A program made the translations under genes and the position numbers. This document shows positions 34,325 through 47,677 of a stretch of DNA of 64,000 nucleotides, piece after piece (within the stretch, counting starts at the first letter, position 1; each line of letters opens with the position of its first letter). The notes under the pieces were generated by a model. The model saw only the letters and a list, made by a program, of their open reading frames with translations, searched no databases and was not told the origin of the DNA. The DNA comes from Octopus vulgaris. Its lineage: Eukaryota. The DNA lies in contig OX597815.1 of NCBI GenBank assembly GCA_951406725.2, forward strand, positions 24,490,001 to 24,554,000, written 5' to 3'.

Positions 34325-35947
34325 CTAATAATTAATATAATAGTTGCATTAAAAATAAAAATGTCTTATAATGTTATATGGCAATACATTTTTTTTTTTG
34401 GCAGTATTGGGAAAACAACAGATTAAATAACAGCTCCAACAGTTAAGGAGTATTCATTTTATTGATATATGAGCGAGGTCATTGCCAGTGCCGCTGGACT
34501 GGCTCCTGTGCAGGTGGCACATAAAAAGCACCATTTGAGCGTGGCCGTTGCCAGTATCACCAAACTGGCCCTTGTGCTGGTGGCACATAAAAGCACCCAC
34601 TACACTCTAGGAGTGGTTGGCGTTAGGAAAGGCATCCAGCTGTAGAAACTCTGCCAGATCAGATTGGAGTCTGGTTCGCCAGACCTCAGTCAAATCGTCC
34701 AACCCATGCTAGCATGGAAAGCGGATGTTAAATGATGATGATGATGAGTAATGAAATAATTAAATTATTGTATACAGTGCTCAGGTGCACCACAACTGCT
34801 AAGTCAAAATCGACCCTGATATTTTCTATGTTCAATGAAGTTGACATGGACAAAGTGAAAACATTAAATAACTTCTCATATCAAGAGTAGAAGCAGATAT
34901 TGTTCAGGATCAAGTTTTCATTTCCAGAACTATCAAAGGAAAACAATCAAATGCACCTCAAACATAAACAATTAATTATTCAATTGATGGATGTTGCATT
35001 TTCGTCTTATCAGAATATGAATACAAAAATAATAGGGCAAGTCATAAATCAACTTGATCAGGGTTAATTTTGAACCTAAAACATGATTACTTTTTGTTGA
35101 TTAGCTCCAAATTATCCCTTTGAATCAAAGGCATTCTAGCCATGACTATCCCATCTTTTTGTATATTTAGGACTTCTTTGTCTAATGTAAGCTTACTTTT
35201 CTTTTAAGATGGTAAGGACTTAAGAGAAATTAAGCAGTTATTTCTGGCAGGTTACATGACCACACAGAAGCTGCCTTATTTGTTTGTATATTGATAGTTT
35301 TGCACCTAGAATATCCACGCAGGAACCCTTTAGCATTCAGATTATTCTGTAAAATGTAATGCTTTCTCATTCACATTCATCATAAACATCATCATTGTTT
35401 AACGTCCGCTTTCCATACTAGCATGGGTTGGACGATTTGACTGAGGGCTAGCAAACCAGATGGCTGCACCAGGCTCCAATCTTGATCTGGCAGAGTTTCT
35501 ACAGCTGGATGCCCTTCCTAACGCCAACAACTCCGAGAGTGCAGTGGGTGCTTTTTATGTGCCACCAGCATGGGGGCCAGTCAGGCAGTACTGGCAACGA
35601 CCTCACTCGAATCTTTTTACACATGCCACCGGCACAGGTGCCAGTAAGGCGATGCTGGTAACAATGACGCTCGTGTTCTTATATAGTTCTATACTGTTCT
35701 ATAGTGCTATATGTTCTATATATAACACACACACATACATATAGCAGGGAAAATGCATATAGGAAGAAACAAAAAGAACAAGTATAGAAGGATGATAAAG
35801 ACATTAAGAAGTATGAAACAATAAGTATAAGAACACTATAGGGAAACACACAAAGGAGTATGGAACACAAGTATAACAATTATAGAACAACAAAAGAAAA
35901 ACATAAAAAATAAATATAGAAAAAGTGTGGAGTAAACATTGACTCAC

Positions 35948-36113
35948 CACATATAAAACAAGTGTTCTTTAATATTTCTTCTTTTTGTTGCTTTTCACTT
36001 CTCAGATCAGCAAAGGTATCAATGATGACACCAAATATTAAGTTCAAGACAATAATAATTACAATGAAGAAGAACAGAAGGTCATAGATGACTCGTGCAA
36101 CAAACAATGGTTC
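35948..36113 (-). CDS. ITPR: IP3 receptor exon, TM6/gate ([16 protein letters not shown]...[29 protein letters not shown])
   Basis: cag / gtgagt, 166 nt, phase 0/1. Confidence 0.97.
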
Positions 36114-36224
36114 CTGGTAGTGGCAAAAATAAAAAAAAAAATAGAAAAAAGTAAATAGAAATCTATTTTTGATGGAAAAAGAAAGTCCTTTTATTATTGC
36201 AAAGTAAATCAATTGTTATAATGT

Positions 36225-36452
36225 TTAACCCTTTCATTACTGTATTTATTTTGGGATGCTCTGTGTTTCTCTCAATTATTTTAGATATAACAAAGAATTT
36301 TGTAAAATAACTTCGTTATCATTAAGCTGGTGTTAGGAACATAAAGTGCGACAAAGGTTTGGTGGAAGATTTTAATTCAAAACTTATGAAAACAAGACAT
36401 TTGTACTCAGAGCCAGAGGCGGTTTCAGCCGGGTTGGTAACGAAAGGGTTAA
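36225..36452 (-). mobile_element. piggyBac-type MITE
   Basis: TTAA TSD and CCCTTTC/GAAAGGG termini. Confidence 0.9.
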
Positions 36453-37918
36453 GGATGGAATTAGTATCTGCTATTGCAAAGTGTGTGAAATAGTCATGGT
36501 TATAGGTGCAGATATGGCTGTGATTAAGAAGCCCACTTTGCAACTCTGTGATTTTGGGTTCAGTCCTGTTGTGCAGCACCTTGGGCAAATGTTTTCTACT
36601 ACAGCCCTGGCCTTGTGATGGTAGATGGAAACTGCAGAGAAACCTGTTGTATGTGTGTGTGTTTGTCCTTCACCACATCTTGACAACCAATTTAGGTTTG
36701 TTTACATCCCCATAACTTAGCATAACTTAGCAACTGAAACTAATAGAATAAGTATCAAACTTAGAAAAAAACAAGTACTGGGTTTGGTTTGTTCAACTAA
36801 AAGCTCTTGAAGGCACTGCTCCAGTTGACCGTAATTCAATAACTAAAACGAGTAAATGATAACAGATACTGAAGATAGAACTCACTAGCAGCAAAAGAGC
36901 TTTATGTTGGTTAACTTAAGTAATTTGTTTCCAAAACAATTCTAATTTTTATGCCATTCTGTAAACATTTACTTAATGATTCTTTCTCACCATTCCTTCA
37001 GTAAATATGAAGTTTAAGTTTAGCTGAAGAGGTCATAACAAAACCAACACATATCCAGAATCAGAACTGTTTCCCATTTCTGCCAAACAAATTAAAATAA
37101 CGTTAGTTGCTGACTAATATTGTTTTCCCCCACTCACTGCATAAGCATTTTTAATAGTCTCTACATTTAATATGTTAGCACCAGCTTAACTATTCAAGTT
37201 CTTTTGTTATTTTCAAATGGAGTCGTAGTAATTTATGACAACCACAGCTGTCACCAAACCTCGCCTTGTTTTCGAACAAGGTCATATTTTCCCTGGCCAA
37301 ACATGATTTCCACAGAAGACTAGAAATGAACTTGTATGACAGTGATGCTTACATATAGCCATCACTTGACGTCAAGACAACTACACACACACACACACAT
37401 ACAACAAGCATCTTTCTATTTCCATCTAACAAATCCACTGTCAAGGCTTTAGTTAAGACACTTCACCAGTTAACCCTTGCCTCCTAAGAGACATAGTTGT
37501 CTAAAGATGATGGCTATAAATGAGCTAAGTATAAAGACTTGGAGGTAGAAATATCAAAACTCTGTGGTAGATGAAAGCCACAGCCAAACAAACTTTCAAG
37601 GACAATGCACTAACGTTAATTATTCAAGAAGAAAATGATGTCCCTACCCTTATCCTTAGCACCACGATTTTATATATGTCTACACAATAATAAATTAGTA
37701 CAGCAGATTCTAAAATATTTTTTGTTAAAATTAATTTAATGACAAACCGAGGGCAGTGGTAATGATGGGGAGGAGAAGTTATTTGAAAATGAGAGTACTG
37801 GATGAGATTGAAAAGCATATATTGTATTGTAGACTCTGTGAAACATTTTGAACCATATTTTGCTCAGGATCTTGGAAAGAATTTCAAATCTGGCAGGTAC
37901 AATGCCATAAAAATTCAC

Positions 37919-38055
37919 CTTACTACTGGGCTTGCGCAGGACATCTCCAATACCTCCTCCGTTCCGTAATCCTTGGTTGAGTGATGTAACAATACACATG
38001 ATCAGAGAATCACATGCTCGTTGTTTATCTTCAACATCATCATCTCTTGTTTCAT
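37919..38055 (-). CDS. ITPR: IP3 receptor exon, pore helix and selectivity filter ([32 protein letters not shown])
   Basis: cag / gtgaat, 137 nt, phase 1/0; GGGIGD filter. Confidence 0.97.
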
Positions 38056-38507
38056 CTGTAAAGATTTAAATGATTCAATATGTAATAAGCACAACCACAA
38101 AGGCATGATTAGAATACATATAGTACACACACACACACAGAAACATATACACACATATATATACAAATATATGTGTGTGTGTGTATCTTTAGTCATCTTG
38201 TTATTCCTGCCCATTAATAATGTTTTCTACTACAGGCACAAGTCCTGGAATTTGGGGGAGAGGGATAGCTAATTACATCAACCTCAGTTTCACTAGTATT
38301 TAATTTATCAGGCCCAAAAAGATGAAAGGCAAAGTCAACCTTGGTGGAATTTGAACTCAGAACGTAGTGGCAGACAAAATACCACTAAGCATTTTGCCCC
38401 ATATGCTAATGATTCTGCCAGCTTGCAACCTTAATCCTGTCCATTAATAATAAAATATAGATATATACTCATGCTTTGAGTTCTGTTTTCCTGTTAATAT
38501 AATCAAA

Positions 38508-38559
<52 letters not shown>

Positions 38560-39007
38560 CATATATATATATACATACATACATACATATACACACACAT
38601 ATATAATTCCATTTCAGTGGCACATAAAATGCATCATCCGAACATGGTGAATGCCAGTGCCTCCTGACTGGTTCTCATGCCAGTGGCACATAAAAAGCAC
38701 CATCTGAATGTGATCAATGTCAGGGCTGCGTGACTGGTTCCCGTGCTGATAGCATGTAAAAAGCACCATCTGAACGTGGCCAATGCCAGTGCCCCCTGAC
38801 AGACTCCATGCCGGTGGCACATAAAAAGCACCCACTTCAGTCTCAGAGTGGTTGGCGTTAGTAAGGGCACCCAGCTGTAGAAACATTGCCAGATCAGATT
38901 GGAGCCTGGTGTAGCCACTGGCTTTCCAGACCTCAGTCAAACCATCCAACCCATGCCAGTATGGAAAACGGATGTTAAACAATGATGACGATGATGGTAT
39001 ATTTATG

Positions 39008-39056
<49 letters not shown>

Positions 39057-39078
39057 TATATATGTATATATATTTATG

Positions 39079-39123
<45 letters not shown>

Positions 39124-39174
39124 TATATATGTATATATATTTATGTATATTATATATATATATATTATATATAT

Positions 39175-40220
39175 CAGGTCATCCCATAAGTTCTGTCCGA
39201 TTTTATCTTTTTTAAAATTGAATGAAATTTAATAGTATTTTAGAGTGTCTAATGGAATTAAAAAATATTTTTATGCATTTGTGCACATTTAAACTAATTA
39301 AATATTATTTTGGTGCCCCAGCATGGCCGCGGCCTTCGGGCTAAAACATTTTTAAGGATTTAATAGAATTAAAATTTCTTTGATTTAAAACCTTTCTAAC
39401 ATGGAAGTATCCAAAGAGCACATGCTTTATGAGTACAAAAAAAGGAAACTCTGCAGCCGAAGCGACTTGAAACATACACTCAGTTTATGTGAAAGAATGT
39501 TTGAATGAAAGAACTTGCAGAAGATGGCTTGCAAAATTCAGAAGTGGGGATTTCAGCCTTGAAGATGAAGATTGAACAGGACGTCCAGTTGAGTTTGATG
39601 ATAAGCTCCTTAAGGCATTACTTGAAAAAAAATCCTGCATTATCAGTTGAAGAACTGGCAATAGAGCTTAGTTCAAACCATACAACTGTTCATTGTCATC
39701 TTCAACAACTTGGAAAGGTTCCTAAACTTAGAAAATGGGTGCCTCATGAATTGTCCAAAAGCAACTGCAAATCCCGAGTTGACATCTGCTCTTCTCTCCA
39801 TTCTTGCAAACTCATTTCACCCTTTTTGGATATACTTGAGACTGGTGACGCAAAATGGATCTTCTATTGAAACGTTGAATGTTGTAAACAGTGGCTTGGT
39901 AAAAGGGAAAAAGCTGAACCACAACCAAGAAGGGAACTTCAGGGAAAAAATGTTCTTCTCTCTATCTGGTGGGATTGCAAAGGAGTAATTCACTTTGAAT
40001 TGTTATCACCTAATGCAACAATCAATGCTCAAGTCTACTGTCAGCAATTAGAGTGTCTGAAGCAAGCTTTGAAGAAAAAAATACCTGCTTTAGTGAATCG
40101 AAAAGGAGTGATGTTTTATCAGGACAATGCACAACCCCACACTGCAAAGATCACATCACAGAAGATTGAAGAGCTTGGTTGGGAAAAAATTCCTCGTCCA
40201 CCTTATTCTCCTGACCTTGG
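39175..40220 (+). mobile_element. Tc1/mariner (mariner-type) transposon relic, 3'-truncated
   Basis: Putative TA|TCAGGTCATCCCATAAGTT terminus; ATG at 39401; WVPHEL, TGDAKWI, LSIWWD, DNAQPH, PPYSPDL; frameshifts and stops. Confidence 0.92.
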
Positions 40221-40896
40221 TGGGAATTTTGGGATTCTTGTGAGTAAATTGTTTTTACTTTGAAGAATTCTCTGTCAATGTTCACAGTGTTTTAGCTAGA
40301 TTTATTCTCTTAATGTTTATTTTAATAATGCTAATGTTAAATCGATATAAAGCTGTTAATGTTATGTAATGAACTGTCCTGTGTTGAAGACATATTTTTT
40401 TATTATCAGATGCGAGATGAAATTAGCATGTTGAGCTGGTATAGCAGGAAATACAGAAAAAACAAAAAAAGCAAACAGAAAAACAAAACAAAACATCACA
40501 AAAGTTAAAAAACATTGCTCTAAACAGAACCAACTACAGAAGCATCAAACTGATGAAATAAGTAATGTAACAGAAAAAGTTTCAGTACAAATGTGTATGA
40601 TTATTACTTCATTCTATAAACCTCTTTCTCTCTTTTCTATGTTACTAGATATGTTTTTCACCCCTATCTAAAGGACTCCTGATTACTAAAAGTATATATA
40701 AATGTTCATCCAGGTGTAAATTTTATACTATTGGATTCTTTGTCTGAAGAATTTCTAAGATGGGATATCTTGCATGTTTTTTACAACATATTCAATTTTG
40801 TAACTCTTATTTGCAAATGACATAAATCACATGTAATGGTGAATAAAACCCCCCAAATTTTCTGTTTTGATATATATAGCAGAAGAAGAATGTAAT

Positions 40897-41684
40897 GGAT
40901 GACAATGAAAACATACAGACAGAAGGACGATACAAAGACGGACAAGAAAACAAGGATTGAACATTTGTGGCTTTCTATTCTTCAGTCAAGCTTCCACTTA
41001 TCATTACAGTTTCAGCCTGTTACACTTGAGACTGTTCAAAATTGGTTGGCCCCAAAAATCTAAGCTAAGGGCGTTAAATTTTGGGAAGAAATCGAGTGAA
41101 TATGTGCAACAACACAGACAAAAAAAAATGAGAAAACGGAGAAAATGTTATACAAGTACAAATACAAACAACAAGAATATCAACAGATGTCTTTCAACTA
41201 AAAGAAGTTTAGCTAAGCTGGTGTGTGAAGTGGAAGCCTTGTGGCAACAAACAGGAAAATAAGGTGTTGTGCGAGCAGTGGTCAGTCCAAGAAAGAAAGA
41301 TCATGCTTGGCTGAGCACCGTCACATGGGAGGAACAGAGAGCGGTAGGGAGCAGAGAGATTGAAGAATTAGGGAAGAAACTAGAGAGAGAGAGAGAGAGA
41401 GAGAGAGGCACGAGAGGTAAGAGGAAAGTAGAGGGGTTAAAGAAAGAGAATGCCAAGAAATGTGAGAAAGGGGGAGCAAGAAAGAAGAAAGTTGTACAGA
41501 ATTAGATATATACTTACAAGCTGAGCAAAAGGTGTACATATGCTGCTATATGTATATATAAATCCCAAAAAACGGAACAAGAACGGACGACAATGAAAAC
41601 ATACAGACAGAAGGACGATACAAAGATGGACAGGAAAACAAGGAGGGAACATTTGTGGCTTTCTATTCTTCAGTCAAGTTTCCA
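40897..41684. repeat. ~100-bp direct repeats (40897-40996 and 41585-41684) bounding a purine-rich element
   Basis: gga(t/c)gacaatgaaaacatacagacagaaggacgatacaaaga...ctttctattcttcagtcaag occurs twice. Confidence 0.8.
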
Positions 41685-42853
41685 AGTATAAATTCATGAA
41701 GCATTTACATATCAATAAAAAAATACACATGCACAACAATTTATGATAGATCCCTGTAAAGGTTACCTGGTTGATATTCTGACTTTTGTACTTATCTTAG
41801 AATCTTTTTACTAACCTTGTATTAGTTTTAGAGAGAATTCAATGAAAAATATTGGTTTCAGTTTAAAAATAGAGATATTAGCTCGGAAATCCTATCATAG
41901 TGGGACAAAACATGTTTACATATAGGGGAAAATTTTGAATAAAAAAATCTGAAGAAAGATAGAGGTTGTTTATTAGCATATTTAGAGTGAATTAACAAAA
42001 CAAATAAGAATTAACTGTAAAGAACAATGCAAGAATATTAGTGAGGTTTTAATTTCAGGATAAGATGAGAATACTAGACATGTTACAACATGCAATAAAA
42101 GAAATGGTCAATCTTCTAAAGAACATTCAGATGTTTGCTTAAATTTCAGTTGACATTATCTATGATGAATAATTAAATTCTGTATAAATTATTTCTGAAA
42201 AGCAAGACTGAGTGGTGAGTTGTTTTTATAGAGATTTAACTACCTCTGATATAACTTCTTGAGCATTTTGGGCAGAACGAAATGGTTTCCAATAATAAAT
42301 GTTTGATTAAATATCCTATTAAGCATATATAATTTGATTGGATAACCTGGATTAGGAGTTTCTTCAATAACTATTTTAATTCAGTTAAAATTTTATTATC
42401 AATCCAGTTTTCTTATAACTGAATATCTATCATTATCTACTGCATTGATTTCTCTAGTGTTTCACAGCTAACGAACACTTTAGGTCTAGCTCTGCAAGCT
42501 CCTAATTCGGTTCTCTAATAAACAAAACTCCAGTAAAGAAAATAAGCAAACTGAATATAGAAGGGAGATTTTCATCATTAATGCTCTCATTTGGCCATCT
42601 ACATGATTATTAGATTCTCCCCACTGCTGCTAAATCCAGTTCACTTCTTAAACCTTTTGTTACACTGAGTTGAAATATATGGACTTGCATCAATGAATTT
42701 TTAAAATAATGAAGAATTAAATTCATTAAATTGTTTAATAAATACTTTAATGTTGATATAAATGTTAAATTATTTGGTAGTTATTTGTATTTGTATAGAT
42801 GATTTTTTTTTTGTCTTTGTTGTAAATAAAGTGAAAGAAGATGAATGATTCAC

Positions 42854-42949
42854 CTTTATGCCACCAGTTCCAGTGGTCCCATGATTTACTTACAGAGCAG
42901 CTGTCATTATTGGAGCAAGTGTCAGATGTAATATTAGAAACAGTGTCGT
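42854..42949 (-). CDS. ITPR: IP3 receptor exon, variable luminal loop (NDTVSNITSDTCSNNDSCSVSKSWDHWNWWHK)
   Basis: tttcag / gtgaat, 96 nt, phase 1/1 fitting both neighbours; two Cys and N-glycosylation sequons as expected for this loop. Confidence 0.82.
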
Positions 42950-44185
42950 CTGAAATTAGTACAAAACAGTGCATATCAAAGATTGAAGTAGTAACAGTAA
43001 CTATTTTCAGCAACAAATACCTCACTTTTAATTCGAGGATGTTAATTTGTTGTTAATACCAACAAAATTAAATGATTATGGAAAAGGTTTTAGTATTAAG
43101 ATTATATTTCTGTAAAGATTTTCTGGAGGAAAACTGAATTAAAATTAGATATTGTTGCTATCCAATAGTTTCAAGAGACCATAAAGTAATTAGTTCCCAT
43201 GAATGGTTCACCAACAACTAATTATTCTGAAAGGATTATCAAAAACTAGTTGCTGTGAAGAAGAACTGGCAACTAATTACTTTATAAAGGTCAGAAGCAA
43301 CCGGTACAAAGATATTACATCAGAAAATAATAGATTAGTGTGAAGAGTCAGACAGAAAATAAATGTTATGAGGAAATCACAACACCAGTTACTGTGAAGA
43401 GGTCAGATTACAAACCAGCTGCTAGAAAGGTATTGGATATCAATCAATGGCCTTGAAGATAACAGCCAGCCGTTATGGAAATAGCAACCGATTTGTTTTG
43501 AAGGAGACAAAGAAGAAGCAGAAAAGATGAGATTAGATAATAACTAATATGAAGAGGTTGATAATAGATACTGGAAATAGATCACACAGTGAAATAGTCA
43601 GTGCATAGAGGAGACCATTTGACAACCAGTAGCTATAATGAAGCTGGAGAGCAACAAGTTGTTATGAAAAGATAAACATTATATAGTAACCAAGTGCAAT
43701 GAAGTTACTTAGAAAAAAGTGAGACAGGAATGTGAGTCTGACAGCTTCATTATTTTGAATGCATTTTGATTATACAAGTTTATGTAGATGAGTACTGACT
43801 TCTTCAAGCTTCATATGTCCTGTATTTATGTAGTTTTTTTTTATATCAATCAAAGATGTAATACAAATCTATCTTAGAGTACAAATATATAAAATATTCT
43901 TGAAGATCTTTATCCAAGATTCAAAAACTATAGTTTCCTTTAAATGACATCTTTACAAAATTAAAAAAAAAAATGAAAACTAAGATTACATAGAAATTAA
44001 TATGATCAAATAAGTCATCTGATGAGGAGAATAACTTTATTACATGTTAGTATGGAAAAAAAGGAATTACTTTAGAAAAAATTTAGTAATGTAAGAAAAA
44101 AAAAAAATTAAAAAATTAATTGAAATTAAAGAAAATATAAGATAAAACAGGAAATAAACAGATTAGGAATTCATTTAAGTCTTAC

Positions 44186-44372
44186 TTGGAATTTCTGTCA
44201 AATGCTCCACTTCCATCATAAAGTCATCTCGGAAGAAGACGTAACCAATGATAGAAAAGAGGTAGATGAGAATTACGGCAAGAACCGTAGTGAGAATGAT
44301 TGAACGTCCGTTTCTTGTAACAGACTTTATCACATTGAGTAAGGTTTCTTCTCTGTAAACAACATCCAGAAG
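44186..44372 (-). CDS. ITPR: IP3 receptor exon, S4-S5 linker and TM5 ([26 protein letters not shown]...FFRDDF)
   Basis: tag / gtaaga, 187 nt, phase 0/1. Confidence 0.96.
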
Positions 44373-44460
44373 CTAGAAACATAAAACAAACAATCCACAT
44401 CAATATGGGTGAATTTTTGCCCCACAAAGTACATGTATACTGAATCATCATTTAACATCT

Positions 44461-44829
44461 ACTAGCACTATGACCTGGTGTTGTCGGGTCATAGTGCTAG
44501 TGCATGCATATACAGGTGCGTGCGTGCACACATAACACGCGAGTACTGTCCAAATCTCCGACCAATCACGTACAGCTAGCTAGCATTCAATTGGCATATC
44601 AAGTTTCAGGCATTTTGATTGGGTTTTGGATAGAAAATTCACAAAAAAGTCACTTCTATTGAATTTTTAATGGCTTTGCGGGGTGACTGGGGAAATGTAA
44701 AGATGTGCATGACCACTCTTGGACGGTTTTGAATGACCATAGAAAGTGCGATCCCTCTAACTGAAAAATTGTGGATTTGTATAAAGGACACACACACACA
44801 GACATTTTGCCGTTTATATATATAGAGAT
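44461..44829 (-). mobile_element. Non-autonomous Helitron-like element inserted in a SINE
   Basis: 5' TC(TC)TATATATATAAA start; 3' hairpin AGCACTATGACC..GGTCATAGTGCT ending CTAG|T. Confidence 0.7.
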
Positions 44830-45229
44830 TTCTGTGCTGGCATGGGTTGGACAGTTTCACAGGATCCAGTGGATCCAAGAACTGCAGTGTGCTCCAGTGT
44901 CAGCTTTGGTAAGTTTCTACAGCTGGATGCCCTCCCTAATGCCAACCACTTTACTAAATGCACCAAGTACTTTTTACATTTATGTGTGTGTCCCCGTCCA
45001 TGTGTGTTGTACTGGGTGCCTTTCTTGTGCCACCAGCATCAGTGAGGTCACCGTGCACCTTGTAAGACTATTTAACCTGAGGTGAATCTATAATAAATAC
45101 ATTCATAAATTATTGCATTATTTCAAGGTAACTAACATTTTGTTTACTCATTAATTTCTTTTGTGCTGGCTGCAAAATGTATGCATGCAGGCATAGCCTT
45201 GATGGTGTACATAAAAATATATCTATCTC

Positions 45230-45626
45230 TTTCTCTTTACTTGTTTCAGTCATTTGACTGCGGCCATGCTGGAGCACCGCCTTTAGTCGAGCAAATCGAC
45301 CCCAGGACTTATTCTTTGTAAGCCCAGTACTTATTCTATCGGTCTCTTTTGCCAAACCGCTAAGTGACGGGGACGTAAACACACCAGCATCGGTTGTCAA
45401 GCAATGCTAGGGGGACAAACACAGACACACAAACACACACACATATATATACACATATATACGACGGGCTTCTTTCTGTTTCGGTCTACCAAATCCACTC
45501 CCAAGGCTTTGGTCGGCCCGAGGCTATAGTAGGAGACACTTGCCCAAGGTGCCATGCAGCGGGACTGAACCCGGAACCATGTGGTTGGTAAACAAGCTAC
45601 TTACCACACAGCCACTCCTGCGCCTA
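45230..45626 (-). mobile_element. SINE family B (tRNA-like head GGCGCAGGAGTGGCTGTGTGGTAAGTAGC...)
   Basis: Other copies: 6087-6485(-), 19478-19858(-), 21070-21455(-), 23660-24035(-), 31961-32300(+), 32303-32655(+), 36502-36860(+), 54895-55550(+). Confidence 0.85.
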
Positions 45627-46621
45627 TATGTATATTATTTTTTTCATTGATAGAGTTGTTCATTTAATGCTTGCTTTTACACATTTGACTCTGTGGAAGA
45701 ATTTTGAGATCAAATACCCATTTTGTCATCGACCACCACCTGTTTTTAGGTAAGGGACTTCCCTATTCCACAGGCCTTCAAAATAGCAGAGTGACTATTA
45801 TGTCAGACATATAAAGCTGTGTACAGATATTAAACACATTGTGCACACTCAAATGTGGAACAGCCATCACTGCAGAAACTGTTTAGGATAAGAGATTCTC
45901 CTTACAAACATTGTGTGTGAAAACACAACATGCTGGTCTATGAATAATGTCATCAAACTATAGAGCATATTTCTGAATTGTTACATTTCATCAGCAAAAG
46001 ACCCTTATTCAATTGTCGTTTAGATCTTTTAATAAGCATGTTTTGTTTCTGTTTTTTTTTGTCTTTGATCTGTGGTTTTCGCATAACAAAGATTAAATGG
46101 GAAGATTAGAAATTCTGGCGATTTATTTGTTGCACACACAAGTAAATTTTTCACTTAGAGGAATCTGCTTCATATCTGGATCTTGTATTTTTGATTCTGG
46201 ATAGTGAGTTTGTTTCTCAAGGTAAGTTCTGTTTGCCCTATAATCTTCAGAACAACCTTTACATTTACTGGCATAAATTAAATTTTTTCCCAAATGGGTG
46301 AAGTGATTTTTTTTACAGTGAATATATGTCCTGATTTAAATTTATAAGATATGCTTTCTATAAAGTTGATGCAGGTTCTTCACTCAGGAAGGCCCCAGTT
46401 TGTGTCATGTTTTTAGAAGGTAATTTGAATCTGGTAAGTAATTTTGTTTTTAAGGATTTTGGTTGTCATTTGCTTTTGATTATTTTGTGCATTTTTTCTG
46501 TAAAAACAGGAATTCAGAGTACCAAAGGAAGCAGCAGCTCCAAATAAATCAATAAACTGAACTAAGTGTACTGTGTGTGAATGTGTGTGTGTGTATTGAG
46601 AGAGAGAGAGAAAACACTTAC

Positions 46622-46786
46622 AAGAAGACTGTAAAAAAATTCATGAACACAGAGGCCCAACACACACAGCAACAAATAGATAATATGGTAAACAAGCTCA
46701 AAGTCCATCAGCAGGTGTTTAAAGGAGCGGGTAAAACTGCCCCTGTTTCCCATTAGACTGATAATGAATATACCTTTGTTCAGCAC
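46622..46786 (-). CDS. ITPR: IP3 receptor exon (VLNKGIFIISLMGNRG...VHEFFYSLL)
   Basis: cag / gtaagt, 165 nt, phase 0/0; HEFFYSLL motif. Confidence 0.96.
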
Positions 46787-47321
46787 CTGTGAAAGAGAAA
46801 AATAAAGTTATACTGTGGAATAGTAGTGGTAGATATAGTAGTAAGATATACTGTAAAACAATAAATATAGTGATATAATATGGGTTGCATTGGTTATAGC
46901 TGTAGTGTAATGCACCATGCATGTTGCATGATACAATTAAGGGAGTTTTTAATTATTAAAATGGATCCACTAATTGCCGTCTAATAAACTAGTAAAAAAT
47001 ATTTGCATTGGGTTTCAAAATCCCACAAGGCATGAGTGTGTGTACACATCATAGTGATAGTATTGAATATAGTCTACAAGGCATCATGGTAGTATTGACT
47101 ATAGAAACACTATGTATATAGTCTAGTGCAGTGTTTCTCAACCTTTTTACCCTTGCGTAACCCTTAAAATAAATTACATGTCTCAAGGAACCCTTGGACA
47201 AAAAAAAATTATATACTATATCTTTTTCATATCTTTTTTGTCATAGTTCACATGGTAAATATCACACACACACACACACACACACATATACATTTTTCCT
47301 CAACTTGTTTTTTCTGTGTCC

Positions 47322-47357
47322 CTTTCTGTAGAAGAGTGTAGGCTCGAAACGTAAAAG
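47322..47357 (+). ncRNA. Minimal hammerhead-like motif with A6U core (second copy)
   Basis: CUUU-CUGUAGA-A-GAGU-GUAG-GCUC-GAAA-CG-UA-AAAG. Confidence 0.55.
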
Positions 47358-47449
47358 ACTTTTTCTAATCCCGAGCGTTATACTAATACATCTGTTTGTT
47401 TTGTACACCACCTGTCTTCGTCTTTTTCGTAAACTCCCCCCCCATATTA

Positions 47450-47483
<34 letters not shown>

Positions 47484-47514
47484 GAAGGCTTGGAGATGAT
47501 GTACAGGTATTATA

Positions 47515-47677
47515 TATTAGAAGAAATTAGGTACTCAGAAATCTGGAATCTGGATGGTTTTATATTTACAGATATTTATTGGTATGTTACATGTTTTTAT
47601 AAAAACATGTAACATACTAATAAATATCTGTAAATATAAAACCATCCAGATTTCTGAGTACCTCATTTCTTCTAATT
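47515..47677. repeat. Near-perfect palindrome in (TA)n
   Basis: attagaagaaat...catgtttt|ta|aaaacatg...atttcttctaat. Confidence 0.85.

Noticed and set aside
44350-44356. Internal AG as the acceptor of the ITPR TM5 exon
   Set aside because: Out of phase with the upstream exon; the acceptor at 44373-44375 restores [11 protein letters not shown].
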